Below, piece after piece: positions 22,540 to 33,258 of a stretch of 64,000 bases of DNA. How positions within the stretch are numbered: position 1 is the first letter of the stretch; the number at the start of each line of letters is the position of its first letter. Position numbers and translations under genes: made by a program. Under the pieces are notes generated by a model. The model was not told where the DNA came from, did not search any database, and was given only the letters and a program-made list of their open reading frames with translations. Source of the stretch: Methanotrichaceae archaeon (lineage in GTDB: Archaea > Halobacteriota > Methanosarcinia > Methanotrichales > Methanotrichaceae); assembly GCA_963756915.1 (NCBI GenBank), contig CAVWPP010000036.1, positions 26,557 to 90,556 of the forward strand, read 5' to 3'.

Positions 22540-24319
22540 ATGAAAAAATCATTAATATGGATATTGGTGCTCTTCTCTGTTATCATTGGACTTTTGAGCG
22601 GACTATGCATGGCCGCTACTCAGTCAGGAGGGAATGCCAAAGATGTCTCAGACAAAATCCCCAGCGCGGGCATTTTGGAAAAAAAGCCAATTGCCGCTAT
22701 GAGTGAAAGTCCTTCGACCGGATCTCAGGTCGCAATAGAAAAGGTGCCAATAGCAATCTACCGTAAGGCAGCTAACCTATTAGAAGAGTTAAGAGATGTT
22801 GAGCCAAGTTGGAAAAATGCGTATATCGGCAGTTCGGTGAGTCTCTTCTTCCGTCCGGATATGCAGGGGCCATCCGATTACGAGTTCACTGTGAGCCCTT
22901 CGGGATTCATCATGGGCGCTGCCAACCAGAATGAGGGACCGATTCCGCATTACAGCTCTACGGGAAAAACCATAAGCAATATTTTGGGGGAGAAAGCCAA
23001 AAGTGCAGGCAAGAGTGCGGTAAAGTTCTATAAGCTGGACTCCCTCTCATATGTAGCCGAAGACGCCAAAGGGGAGCTGGCCTCCAACTTAGGGGATATG
23101 CCCATGATGGTAATCGGAATGGATTCGACCCTTTTGAAGGAGGATGCTCAGGGAGGCGATGTGAATTTAAAGCCTTTCGAAGGGGAACGATGATAAGCTA
23201 CCAAATGCCAACCGAAGCGCAGAGAAAACGGACTCTCAATCATCCGCAATCAAGTTCCAGAAATGGCCATCGTGGAAAGATCTAAAGGAGGGGTATGCAA
23301 GTAATTATAAAGTATTCTTGGAGGCCGGGCGCACTGCCTCTGCAGAAGAATGGGCCATTCAAAAGCAGCTGACAGAAATTGGAGAAGGGCTCTTCCCCGG
23401 GGATGAATATGACTTGGCTTTTCTATATCCGGATGCAACCTTCGATATTAGTGGCCCCGGAAAGGAGTACGTAAACTCCAAGATTTTAACTAGGACCGGC
23501 ATGCCTAATGCTCTACAAATACAGATCCTAAATAAGGTGCCGCCGCAGGGAAAGGCTGAGTTCGAGGTTTCCATAAATTACAAGAACGGTCAAAAAGAGA
23601 ACATCAAGTTTGTCGTTCTTGATCCTACTAGGGTGATAAGCCAGGGCGAGGATGAGACAAATCCGAAAATGATAGGAACCATTTTATCAACTCCAGCGGA
23701 GCAAAAGCTGAAGGTTAAGTCTCATTGGGGACCGTGGCATACCTATATGGCTGGAACCGAAGCGGACCAGAGAATATATTGTCAATGGGACGAAGGTGGC
23801 TGCGCTATCGGTTGTGGACCTGTAGCCTGGGCAATGGAATTCTGCTGGGCAGATCATCAATCATATATCGGAGCGGACGACTGGGATCATGGTGGGGCTT
23901 TTCCGGGGGATGCTCCAAGATATATGAATGATCAGGTTAGAGATATGATAAGAGAAATCCACGATGACGTACATACCTATTGCATAGGTGACAGCGGCGC
24001 CACCAATCCCTCGGATATGTTAGACGCCTGGAATTATCTTGATGGCCGAACAGGGATGGGCTACCACGCTGAGTATGGCCCCCTACTGAGTCGGGACTGT
24101 CGTAATTGTGCTAGAGACGCCATAAGAGATAGGGCTACGCCCGCAGTGATCGGTACTGGATTCTATTCGCATTATCCTTTAGCATGGGGATATCGTTATA
24201 GAGAGAGTCATTGGTCATCGCGGACCGATAGGGATTTCTATGTCAACCAGGGGTGGTGTGGATCTGGAGACGGCTGGGTAGATGCTAATACCTTCTTCTG
24301 CGGGTACGTCTATACTTAA
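22540..24319 (+). CDS. Secreted papain-fold cysteine protease (C10/streptopain-like); frameshift(s) ~23190-23270
   Basis: Signal peptide; C-terminal GCGPVAWAM, SHYPLAWGY, YVNQGW. Confidence 0.7.
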
Positions 24320-24338
24320 ATTAAGTATCAAATCTAAC

Positions 24339-24374
24339 GGCAAGGACTTAATAGTGATGTCCTAGCCGCCTTTT
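24339..24374 (+). terminator. Hairpin plus T-run after the protease gene
   Basis: GGC-AAGGAC...GTCCT-AGCC followed by TTTTT. Confidence 0.4.
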
Positions 24375-24700
24375 AATTCTAAATCGCTATGCAAAATAAT
24401 GCAAGTCCTCAGCCTGGCCCTCCTAATCTAATCGTTTGCTGATATCAATCTTAATAATGCAGGATCGCCTTCACTAACTCTTCCATTTGCCTTTCGAATT
24501 TCGGGTTCATCTCTAGTATGGTGGGCAGTCTTCTGCAAAATCCCGAATGCGCGTTCCCAAAGCATAGAATGTAGCTAAATGAACACACTCACCATCTCAT
24601 TTGCGCTAACCTTTCGAACACCAGATATGCAAATAAAATCCCATAATATATGGAGCAGATAGCTGCCATCATTAGACGCATTTCATTTGCAGTCGAACAA

Positions 24701-24800
24701 GACAGCGACGACTTTGGCGGCTAGGATGGATGGCGGGAAGCCCGATCGAGCGGAGATGGCCGGGAGACGCATGATAGGGGGCCGGGGCATGCTCGCCGGC
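24701..24800 (+). repeat. GC-rich dispersed repeat, copy R2 (most complete)
   Basis: GACAGCGACGACTTTGGCGGCTAGGATGGATGGCGGGAAGCCCGATCGAGCGGAGATGGCCGGGAGACGCATGATAGGGGGCCGGGGCATGCTCG. Confidence 0.85.
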
Positions 24801-25007
24801 TTCATTCCGGTTTCATCCACTAATCATGTCTTGGACCTATGCTAATTTCTTTTCCATCAAATTACCAAAACGGGTATATGCTATCTACTACCTTTATTTG
24901 TTGCATCAATAGACAACAAGTTTCGTGCTTATGTGCTGCCGATACTGGAACTAGTTCAATTAAACTATGTAGAGGCTGAAAGCAGTAGATTGAACGGAGA
25001 TGGCCTT

Positions 25008-26072
25008 ATGGATACTGTACTGAAGAAGCTTGGATGGAACGCATTTTTTGGCGAAGGTTTCAGGGATTTTGTTATCGGACATGAGCCCGGAAGGATATCC
25101 AGCGTAAACAAGAATGGCTGCAAAGTCTATACAAAGAACGGCGAAGTGAGAGCCAGGGTTTCTGGCAGGCTACGCCAGGATGGCCTTTATCCGGCAGTTG
25201 GAGATTGGGTGGCACTTTTTAGCAATGATTCCGGCATGTACACTATCCACGCCATATTGCCTAGGAAAAGCAAGATCTCCAGGAAAGATGCAGGAAGAGT
25301 GACCGGCGAGCAGGTGATCGTTACGAATATCGATATAGCCTTCATCATGACTTCGCTCAACAGAGACTTGAATATGAGACGTCTGGAGAGGTATCTGGCC
25401 ATAGTAAGACAGAGCGACGTAGACCCGGTCATTGTTTTAAACAAATCTGATATCTGTAGAGATGTTGATGCAAGGATAAACGATGTGAAGGCGATCGCGC
25501 CTGAAGTGCCAGTACATGCAATCAGCGCTACAGAAAAAGCTGGAATGGAATCACTGTCAATATATCTTCAGGATGGCAAGACGGTTGTGTTGCTTGGTTC
25601 ATCTGGTGTCGGAAAATCCTCTTTAATCAATGCATTAGAAGGGGCTGAAAGGCAAAAAGTTGGTGCCATCAGGGAAGATGATAGTCGAGGGCGGCATATT
25701 ACAACTGTGCGGGAGCTGATCATGCTTGAGAAGGGCGGAGTCATAATTGATAATCCGGGTATGAGAGAGCTTCAGATATGGGATGCCAGCGAGGGGCTAC
25801 ATAATACGTTTCCGGATATTGAAGAACTTGCAGTAAGATGCAAATTTTCTGATTGCCAGCATGAGACTGAGCCCGGCTGCATGATCAGAAAGGCGATTGA
25901 AGAAGGAAGGCTTCCTGGTGTCAGGTTTGAAAGTTACAGAAAACTCCAGCGGGAGTTACTGGCAATAGAGAGAAAGAAAAATCCTGAGCTCCAGAAAGCA
26001 GAAAAGAAAAAGTGGAAGAAGCTCGGGCATATGGCTGAAAAAATCCGGGATGGGAAAGAACGGGGCCTGTGA
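25008..26072 (+). CDS. rsgA: Ribosome small subunit-dependent GTPase A
   Basis: Circularly permuted GTPase: NKSD, GSSGVGKS, RHITT, DNPG; Zn finger CKFSDCQHETEPGC. Confidence 0.93.
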   Translation: MDTVLKKLGWNAFFGEGFRDFVIGHEPGRISSVNKNGCKVYTKNGEVRARVSGRLRQDGLYPAVGDWVALFSNDSGMYTIHAILPRKSKISRKDAGRVTGEQVIVTNIDIAFIMTSLNRDLNMRRLERYLAIVRQSDVDPVIVLNKSDICRDVDARINDVKAIAPEVPVHAISATEKAGMESLSIYLQDGKTVVLLGSSGVGKSSLINALEGAERQKVGAIREDDSRGRHITTVRELIMLEKGGVIIDNPGMRELQIWDASEGLHNTFPDIEELAVRCKFSDCQHETEPGCMIRKAIEEGRLPGVRFESYRKLQRELLAIERKKNPELQKAEKKKWKKLGHMAEKIRDGKERGL

Positions 26073-26209
26073 AGGCTAGCTACATTCTGATTGGACTCAA
26101 TAACACCTCAAGACCTGCCCCGGTAAAGGGTAGTACTGGTTCCTCAGGAGACTTTGGGCTTTGGGATAGCTATCCGAGAGGAAGCATAGCCTTCGCAATT
26201 GGGCAAACT

Positions 26210-26290
26210 AGCGACGCTTACGGCTTTGGCGGCGAGAATGGATAGCGGGAATCCGATCGAGCCGAGATGGCCGAGAAGCACACCTGGGCC
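26210..26290 (+). repeat. GC-rich dispersed repeat, copy R3
   Basis: CGGCTTTGGCGGCGAGAATGGATAGCGGGAATCCGATCGAGCCGAGATGGCCGAGA. Confidence 0.85.
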
Positions 26291-26405
26291 AGTTCCGGCC
26301 AGCGACAATAGGATACTACCTAAGTCGTTTATATTTTCTCCACGAGATTTGAGTTCAGCAGAGGAGCTGCGAACTAATTATAAGTGCTGTTGTTTATATG
26401 GAAAA

Positions 26406-27387
26406 TCACACATCATTATACTTCGCCGTCTCCATGAACTTGATCACTTCTTTTTCTGTTGGCAGGTCGGTGCTTGCTCCAGGAGTAATTATGTTAAGCG
26501 CGGCTACTGCGCCAGCGAATTTCACAGCTTCCTCTGTTGAATATCCTCTGAACTTTGCATGGACAAATCCCGCAGTGTAGCTGTCGCCTCCGCCGGTTGT
26601 GTCAACAACTTTTACCTTGTAAGAAGGCATCCGAAAGATTTCACCGTTTTCTGCAACTAGCGATCCTTTTACATCCTGGGTAATAATTACTGTCTCTGCC
26701 CCATACGTTTTCAGCTCTTTTATGGCTGACTCGACGTCTTCTTTCCCAGTTATCATGCACGACTCCTTGCCGTTCATTATTATCACTTCGCTGTTTTTCA
26801 TAGCGTATTTCAGCTCATCAGACCTATGCGTGACCATGCTCATGCTCGGGTTCATCACAATTGAAACATTTCTCTTTTTTGCCTCTTTGATGACGTTCTT
26901 CATCAGGTCGATATTGTCAGGGCTTATGAGGCTTGTTAGAATCAAAGTATCAATTTTCTCAAGAACTTCCGGATTAAGATCATTTTCTCCCAGTAACTCA
27001 TTGGCGCCCCTGCTTGTCAGGACTGTCTTTTCGCCGTTAACAAGAAAAACCAATGATATTCCGGTCGAGCCTTCCTTCAGGGTTACGTATTTTGTGTTTA
27101 CGCCGTGCACCCTCAGGTTTTTCAGGGCTTCCTCACCATAGTCGCCTTTGCCTACAGATCCAAGAATATAAGTTCTTGTGCCTAGCTCAGCCAGGTTCGC
27201 TGCAACATTGTGCGCTGAGCCGCCGATATCTTCCTTAAGCTCTTTTAGTGTGATTTTCGAGTCAAAGGGAAAGCAGATGTTCGCCATCAATTACCTTGAA
27301 TTTCTCTGACCTTGCAATCAGGTCGATGATTATTCCTCCAACTACAAGGACGCCTTTATGACCATTGCTGGATTTTTGAAGGGGCAT
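26406..27387 (-). CDS. PfkB/ribokinase-family carbohydrate kinase; frameshift near the N-terminus (~27270)
   Basis: Upstream frame gives VLVVGGIIIDL; GGSAHNVA and DTTGGGDSY motifs. Confidence 0.88.
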
Positions 27388-27568
27388 AATACAACTATGT
27401 TTTACCAATAAATAACATTATTCTATGATCAAGGCCAAGGATCGAGGATATAGGCTCTGATAAGCATGGAATAACCTGCTTCATTCTCCATCTTTTATCG
27501 ATCTAGTCAAACGAAATCGGGACGCGAGCTAAAACTGCCAAGCTCATCTCGCATCCGCTATCTGGAAA

Positions 27569-27613
27569 GACAGCGACGGCTTTGGCTACGAAGGTTGATA
27601 GCAGGAATCCGAT
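27569..27613 (+). repeat. GC-rich dispersed repeat, copy R4 (5' part only)
   Basis: GACAGCGACGGCTTTGGCTACGAAGGTTGATAGCAGGAATCCGAT. Confidence 0.75.
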
Positions 27614-27792
27614 TCGGCATTTCAGCTGTAATTACGAGTGTTGGATGAGATTCTCGCACGATTGTGTCCTGATTAGCGTTCTAGACAAAATTGATGTCCT
27701 CTTTCCCAAACCTACATTTTTAGGTCTGGTGCAAATGGTCAAATAGAAAAGATTATCATCGTCTACGAAAAGTATCTGGATGAGGTTCTGCA

Positions 27793-28290
27793 ATGGTCAG
27801 CATAAAGGATATTCCTGCAGAGGTGCGATGGGAGATAGCCACCAATGCGGCAAACATCCAATCAGTGGTCTATGACATGCTTGTCAGGCAGATTATTGGT
27901 GATAAGATCGATGAAATCTGGAATGCGATCATGTCCGAAGGAGGCAAGAAATCAAAGGCTATGGCGGAATCCCTGGGCTTTCCCGCAACAAATGCTATGG
28001 AAATCGATAGCACTTTGGGCATTATCTCCTCCATAATTCAAGGGCCTGAGCTCAAGGGTGAGATCCTTGAAGCTAATGAGGATCAGGTAATCGGCAAGAT
28101 CACAGGCTGTTCTATGCTCAATGCTCACCGTGGAGTTGGATATGGACCAACAGCTGGTACACCCGCTCACTGCCAAGCCTTTTGCCAGAACTCAGTCGAA
28201 AGCCTGAACCCGCGATACACCATTAGGTACAAAAAGATGATGTGCACCGGCGATCCCTACTGCGAATATGCCATTGAACTCAAGAAGTAG
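27793..28290 (+). CDS. V4R/ATC-hydrolase-like small-molecule-binding protein
   Basis: ITGC...HC..FC...MCTGDPYCEY Cys pattern; GAGGT SD. Confidence 0.65.
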   Translation: MVSIKDIPAEVRWEIATNAANIQSVVYDMLVRQIIGDKIDEIWNAIMSEGGKKSKAMAESLGFPATNAMEIDSTLGIISSIIQGPELKGEILEANEDQVIGKITGCSMLNAHRGVGYGPTAGTPAHCQAFCQNSVESLNPRYTIRYKKMMCTGDPYCEYAIELKK

Positions 28291-28304
28291 TTGGCTAAAT
28301 GAAG

Positions 28305-28395
28305 TTTATGGCGACAAGGGTGGATATCTGTAATCCCGATCGAGCAAAGATAGCCGGGAGACGCTACGCAAGGGGGCCGGGGGAAATCGCTCGAT
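28305..28395 (+). repeat. GC-rich dispersed repeat, copy R5
   Basis: GGGTGGATATCTGTAATCCCGATCGAGCAAAGATAGCCGGGAGACGCTACGCAAGGGGGCCGGGGGAAATCGCTCGAT. Confidence 0.8.
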
Positions 28396-28880
28396 GGTTG
28401 TAGTCTGCTTGATTGGAATTGCTGGGAGTTCCAGCGAACGGTCAGGCACTTTGCATCATAATAATTCCTCATCTGCAAGCCGCCCCATGAAGAACCGTTT
28501 TTTCTCCTGCACATCATTTCCGGCAACGGCTGATTGCAGGGCTTCTAATACCTGAAGCAGCATGAGAATCACAATTCATTGGCGTTATCCGACCAACTTT
28601 ATAGAATGTAGGTTCAAATCAATCAGTCGTGAAATATTGGCCTATTTTGTATTTGTGGAAAAATGGTCTCACGGCCACCAATTATATACATCTAGAACAG
28701 CGAGTGAAGTCTCTTCTATAGCCTTTAGATCGCCTAGATTATCGATAATTGGTGCAAGCGCTCCAAGATCGGATAACAATCCTTTCGAGTTTGTCGAACA
28801 GATCGAATGTAGAATATGTCTTAGAGATTGGACTTATATAAAAATAGAATAATTGTCTCCTAAACCATTGTAAGCCAGAC

Positions 28881-30815
28881 CTACCATATTGTTTCCTTAT
28901 CCAAACTCTCCAATTGATCTACCCTAAGCTTTACTATATCCATTGCATCCTCGAAGAGTTTTCTGTTGATCTCCAGCCCAAAGTATTTTTTGAGCTTTTC
29001 AGGAGGAGTCATGGTAGTTCCTGCCGATAAGTAAGCGATATAGTTCTTGTTGAACTCCTCTGGGTTCTCTTTATACATCTTGAAGAGCGATAGTGTTATT
29101 GCCTTGGATAAGGCATAATTGAACGTGTAGTAATTATCAGTGAAGAAAATATGCCTGACCATGGTCCATTCGGCAGAATCTTGGTCGTAATATTTTATCT
29201 TGCTGCTTTTATACTCCTTTGATACGTTGGTATAGAGGACGTTGAATTCCTTTCCACTCATCTTGCCCTGTTTTGCACAATGCAGATGGGCACGGTGCTC
29301 GAACTCAGCAACCATAGGATTAAAGGTGAAGTAGCTGACATAGCTATCTATCTGCTGGGCCAGCACAGCTATAGCAGTATCTGGATCATAGTTCTGGATG
29401 GCATAATCTACGAAGAGCTCCTCGTTGAATGTAGAAGGAATCTCAGATTCGTAATCAGGGCCACCGCAGTATAGATAATCCACCGCATTGCCCATAAGAT
29501 AAAAATTGATAGCATGGCCTAGTTCATGGGTTATGGTTTTCTCATCCTGCAAAAGACCTTTGAAATTAAGGAATATTAGCGCTGGTTTCTTTAGCGCAAC
29601 CATGCTCATGGTATAGCCTCCAGGTTGCTTTTCGATCGCAGGAAATACATCTATGGAGTCGCTGGTGACGGTCTTAATAAATGCATTATTGAATATCGGA
29701 TCCATTCCTTCATAGGATCTTTGTATCTCTATTAGGCAATCAGTATAATTGAATTGTCTATCCGGATTCTTCATTAGCTGAAGGTTAAGATCATAGGGCA
29801 TGAGTTGATCGAGACCTAGCTTAGCCTTCCTGAACTCATAGTATCTATCGAAGTCTCCCTTACGGTTCTTGAGGACTGAGTTCATCTCATTGATTTGAGA
29901 CTCGTTCAGATAGCTATCGAACATTTTGGCCTGGTAGCAATCCAAGAATTTCAACTCTCTAGCCAGAAGGTCGTCCAGCAAAATCTTCTTGCTATATAAG
30001 TCTGCCATCTCATCGGATAAGTTCAGAGTATGATAGAATCTCTGATCATAGCATTTTTTCCTGTTATCTCGATCTATATCAGTTGATAATAGCCTGATAT
30101 AGGATTTGGAGTCCACTGGGTATACCTGTCCGTTGTTCAAGGTTATATTTCCTGCATTCATGACTTTTCTAGTGATGTTCTTCAAAGCGCCAGTTTCAAT
30201 CTTCGCCCGCTCGTTAGATATGTCAGCAATATAGGCTGCATGGGTTTCATTCTCGGGACTATGGCCGGCATAGCGAATGAAGTTCTCATAAAGGTACGCC
30301 CTGTACTTTTCCAATCTTGGCTCCTCTCTAAAAAGCCTATCCCATTCCGATTTAGGAAGAGACTTCAGCTTTATGCTAGCAAAGGAATTTTCCTTGTAGT
30401 ACTCCGCTGATAGGTTCTGAACATCAGACAGCAAAGCCCCTGAGGATTCATTACTGACGTTAAGGCTGTTCTTGCATGAGGCGTATGTGCTCAAGATATC
30501 GAGCGATTTTAAGAAGTTATTCTGATCATTTATCCAGTTGAAGAGGATTAGTCCGTTTAGATTGCCAAAATCCGTTCGATATGTTTTATTAAGGTTTATC
30601 GAGACATTCTTCAGCATCTTTAACTCATCTATGGCATCTTGGTCGTCCGTGAAAATGGATTCGAGGTTCCAGGCGGTAGTAATATTGTACGCACTTATGT
30701 TCAGAGACACATTTTGGTCTAATTGATCTTCAATAACGGAAGTGGCTCCAGCTATAGAGGCAAATAATCCAGAAATTATTGTGATTGATAGTAAGGCAAT
30801 CTTATTTTCCTTCAT
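28881..30815 (-). CDS. M3B oligoendopeptidase F family protein with signal peptide
   Basis: THELGHA zinc motif, EIPSTFNE, HIF..YYTFNYA; hydrophobic N-terminus. Confidence 0.9.
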   Translation of the reverse strand: MKENKIALLSITIISGLFASIAGATSVIEDQLDQNVSLNISAYNITTAWNLESIFTDDQDAIDELKMLKNVSINLNKTYRTDFGNLNGLILFNWINDQNNFLKSLDILSTYASCKNSLNVSNESSGALLSDVQNLSAEYYKENSFASIKLKSLPKSEWDRLFREEPRLEKYRAYLYENFIRYAGHSPENETHAAYIADISNERAKIETGALKNITRKVMNAGNITLNNGQVYPVDSKSYIRLLSTDIDRDNRKKCYDQRFYHTLNLSDEMADLYSKKILLDDLLARELKFLDCYQAKMFDSYLNESQINEMNSVLKNRKGDFDRYYEFRKAKLGLDQLMPYDLNLQLMKNPDRQFNYTDCLIEIQRSYEGMDPIFNNAFIKTVTSDSIDVFPAIEKQPGGYTMSMVALKKPALIFLNFKGLLQDEKTITHELGHAINFYLMGNAVDYLYCGGPDYESEIPSTFNEELFVDYAIQNYDPDTAIAVLAQQIDSYVSYFTFNPMVAEFEHRAHLHCAKQGKMSGKEFNVLYTNVSKEYKSSKIKYYDQDSAEWTMVRHIFFTDNYYTFNYALSKAITLSLFKMYKENPEEFNKNYIAYLSAGTTMTPPEKLKKYFGLEINRKLFEDAMDIVKLRVDQLESLDKETIW

Positions 30816-31290
30816 CTTCTCTATCCTCAGCGCTATAGAAGCAGATTAACCTATTACTGTATATAACCTAGCCACAAACCGTAAATTTTTGCAGATTACA
30901 AATCGGCCTGCGACCCCGATCAATTCCCCTAAGCAGCTCAGTTTGGCCTTAATGTTCGCCCGTTAGAAAAGCAACTGAATCCCATAAAAAGGTGGATGGC
31001 CGTCTGGTTGCCGAGGTGACGACAGCCTCAAATCGAAATCCTTCGTCGCATGTCGAATTAAAAACAGTAAATGCTAAAAGTCAAGTACTGCTTATGGTAG
31101 TGGTAACTTTCCTTGTGCCAGGCTGAACCATTTGGATAAGCTTTATAGAACCAAGTATGGCATGAGCACGATCGGAAAAATTGGGGAGTTATCAGATCGA
31201 CACCGTGCCAGAATTATTAGCCAACATTGGAATATATTAGGTGCGGAAAATGGCGTCAAATATACATTCAGTATTCCGTAATAGGAGCAG

Positions 31291-32046
31291 GTGACAAAGA
31301 TGTGTAATGGTATTCGACGGAACATTGCCATGATAGCAATTGTTGTCTTTTGTTTTTTAGTAGTTGCATGCGCTGAATCGCCGGCCTTAATTTCTGGCCA
31401 TCCAGATTGGTGGCCATTTATGTATAAAAATGGAAACGCCATCGATGGTATCGGAGTTGATGTAACCAAAATGGTTCTCGATGAATTGAACATATCAGCT
31501 AACTCATCTTATGTCGGCTCTTGGGACCAGGTCCAAGAGAAGGCCAAGAACGGTGAAATTGATGTAATTGTTGCTCTTTATAAAACCAAAGAGAGAGAGA
31601 AATATTTGACATTCTCCATTCCTTATGCCAATGATCCGGTTGTCGTTTTTGTAAAAAGCTACAATAAATCCGATTATGACGGGAAGGAGGATTTAATCTA
31701 CAAAAAAGGCGTGGCAATGGTCGGTGACAGCTATGGGCAAAATCTGGATGATTTTATTCTCCAAAAGAACCTATGCCTGACAAGAGTTCTTACTCCAAAA
31801 GAAGCTTTTGAGTTGGTTGACAAGAATAAAGCGGATTACTTCCTATATTCGCTCTGGGCAGGTAAAAAAGTCATAAACCAGGAACATTTGGTCGGTATGA
31901 TTAACTCAACCGTTTTGTCAAACCAGCCATTCTATATCGGATTTTCGAAAAAATCTCGTTATGTCAAATATATGGACACGATTAATCAAACTCTCCAAGA
32001 ATTGATAGACAACGGCACGATTAGCAAAATGGTTGCAGCATCGTAG
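31291..32046 (+). CDS. Polar amino-acid ABC substrate-binding protein (family 3), orphan
   Basis: WWPFMY..GIGVD..NGEIDV..TKEREKYLTFSIPY. Confidence 0.85.
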   Translation: MTKMCNGIRRNIAMIAIVVFCFLVVACAESPALISGHPDWWPFMYKNGNAIDGIGVDVTKMVLDELNISANSSYVGSWDQVQEKAKNGEIDVIVALYKTKEREKYLTFSIPYANDPVVVFVKSYNKSDYDGKEDLIYKKGVAMVGDSYGQNLDDFILQKNLCLTRVLTPKEAFELVDKNKADYFLYSLWAGKKVINQEHLVGMINSTVLSNQPFYIGFSKKSRYVKYMDTINQTLQELIDNGTISKMVAAS

Positions 32047-32402
32047 AACAAGATCTTGTAAACCCCGCTATAAAATAAATAATGGAAAACAATTTTTCCA
32101 TATGGACTAACTATATTCAGAACTTTTTATTTTAAATTATTTTTAAACCCATCATATCCATCTCAGCAATCTACAAATCCACCCGCCTAAACGCATCAAG
32201 TATGGTGAGGATTATTCAGAGAAACTCTGAGGACTTTACCGACGCAGTTAAGGAAGACAGATTTTCCAAAGAAATGATCGAGGAAACCCTGAAGGCTATG
32301 AAGAATTTGATCTCTATAAAGAAATCAATTGCATTACGAGTCTCGTTCTTTTGGTGCTAAACTATAATTCTTGAGACAAGACTGAAATAGTCGGCAGTTA
32401 CA

Positions 32403-33155
32403 ATGCAAATCGAGTTGATCTCATTGATCAAAGAACTGAATAGCTGGAATTTTGGAAAATTGGGACTTTTTAATATTATCCTGCTCGTGATTTGGGCATA
32501 TCTGTTAAGCGCAAACGGCTTAGCTTACGATCATGAAGCCACCAACATTACCTGGTTTCCTAAAATCGATCCTGCGATCCTCGCCTCATCGCCGAACGTC
32601 GATTTCATCCGGGACCTAAAAGGTTATCAGCAGACGACTGAATATACCTGCGGTCCAGCTGCGTTGCTCTCAATCGCCAAATTCTATGGGCTGCCAGGAA
32701 TTGAGGAGAACGCAAAGACTGAGATGAGGATCGCCAGGGAAGCGGGATCAAGGGATATGAACTCGTCGAAGCCTGGCACCAAGCCAGAAGAGATGGTGGC
32801 ATGGTTGCAGAGAAATGGCTTTGATGTTTTGTTGGAGTTTGAGGATAAGGGAGATGGTTCTGCCCTGGAAAAGCTGAGAGATAATGCTCACCACAAAATT
32901 CCTACTTTAGTGGAATGGATCGATTTGAGCGGCCACTGGTCCATCGTGGTTGGATACGATCGCCGCAATTTGAGCGATCCATGGGATGATGTCCTTATTA
33001 TGGCGGACCCCTACGACCGATATGACGACTACCAGGATGGCTACACCTTCGTGAATGCTAATCGGTTCTACTGGATGTGGTTCGATGCATTATATTTTGA
33101 TAACTTAACCTGGCGCACTATGATCACAGTCCGCCAAAATATAGCATCGGATTAA
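32403..33155 (+). CDS. C39-like cysteine peptidase
   Basis: QQTTEYTCGPAAL, GHWSIVVGYD, MADP. Confidence 0.85.
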   Translation: MQIELISLIKELNSWNFGKLGLFNIILLVIWAYLLSANGLAYDHEATNITWFPKIDPAILASSPNVDFIRDLKGYQQTTEYTCGPAALLSIAKFYGLPGIEENAKTEMRIAREAGSRDMNSSKPGTKPEEMVAWLQRNGFDVLLEFEDKGDGSALEKLRDNAHHKIPTLVEWIDLSGHWSIVVGYDRRNLSDPWDDVLIMADPYDRYDDYQDGYTFVNANRFYWMWFDALYFDNLTWRTMITVRQNIASD

Positions 33156-33258
33156 ACCTCTCAACAAAATCATCTAAATCAAAATTTTTAGTTTGCCAGT
33201 TAAGATCTTAACTCATAACTCTCGAAAATCATGCCCGATTTCTAAACGACGTAGTGAA

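Noticed and set aside
26199-26540. 113-aa ORF (TALAARMDSGNP...)
   Set aside because: It is a translation of repeat R3. Other copies have indels that break this frame, and it overlaps the pfkB 3' end.
22356-28395. Dispersed repeat as a CRISPR array or classical integron attC sites
   Set aside because: Copies are degenerate and separated by whole genes. There are no cas genes, no RYYYAAC/GTTRRRY ends and no IntI in the window.
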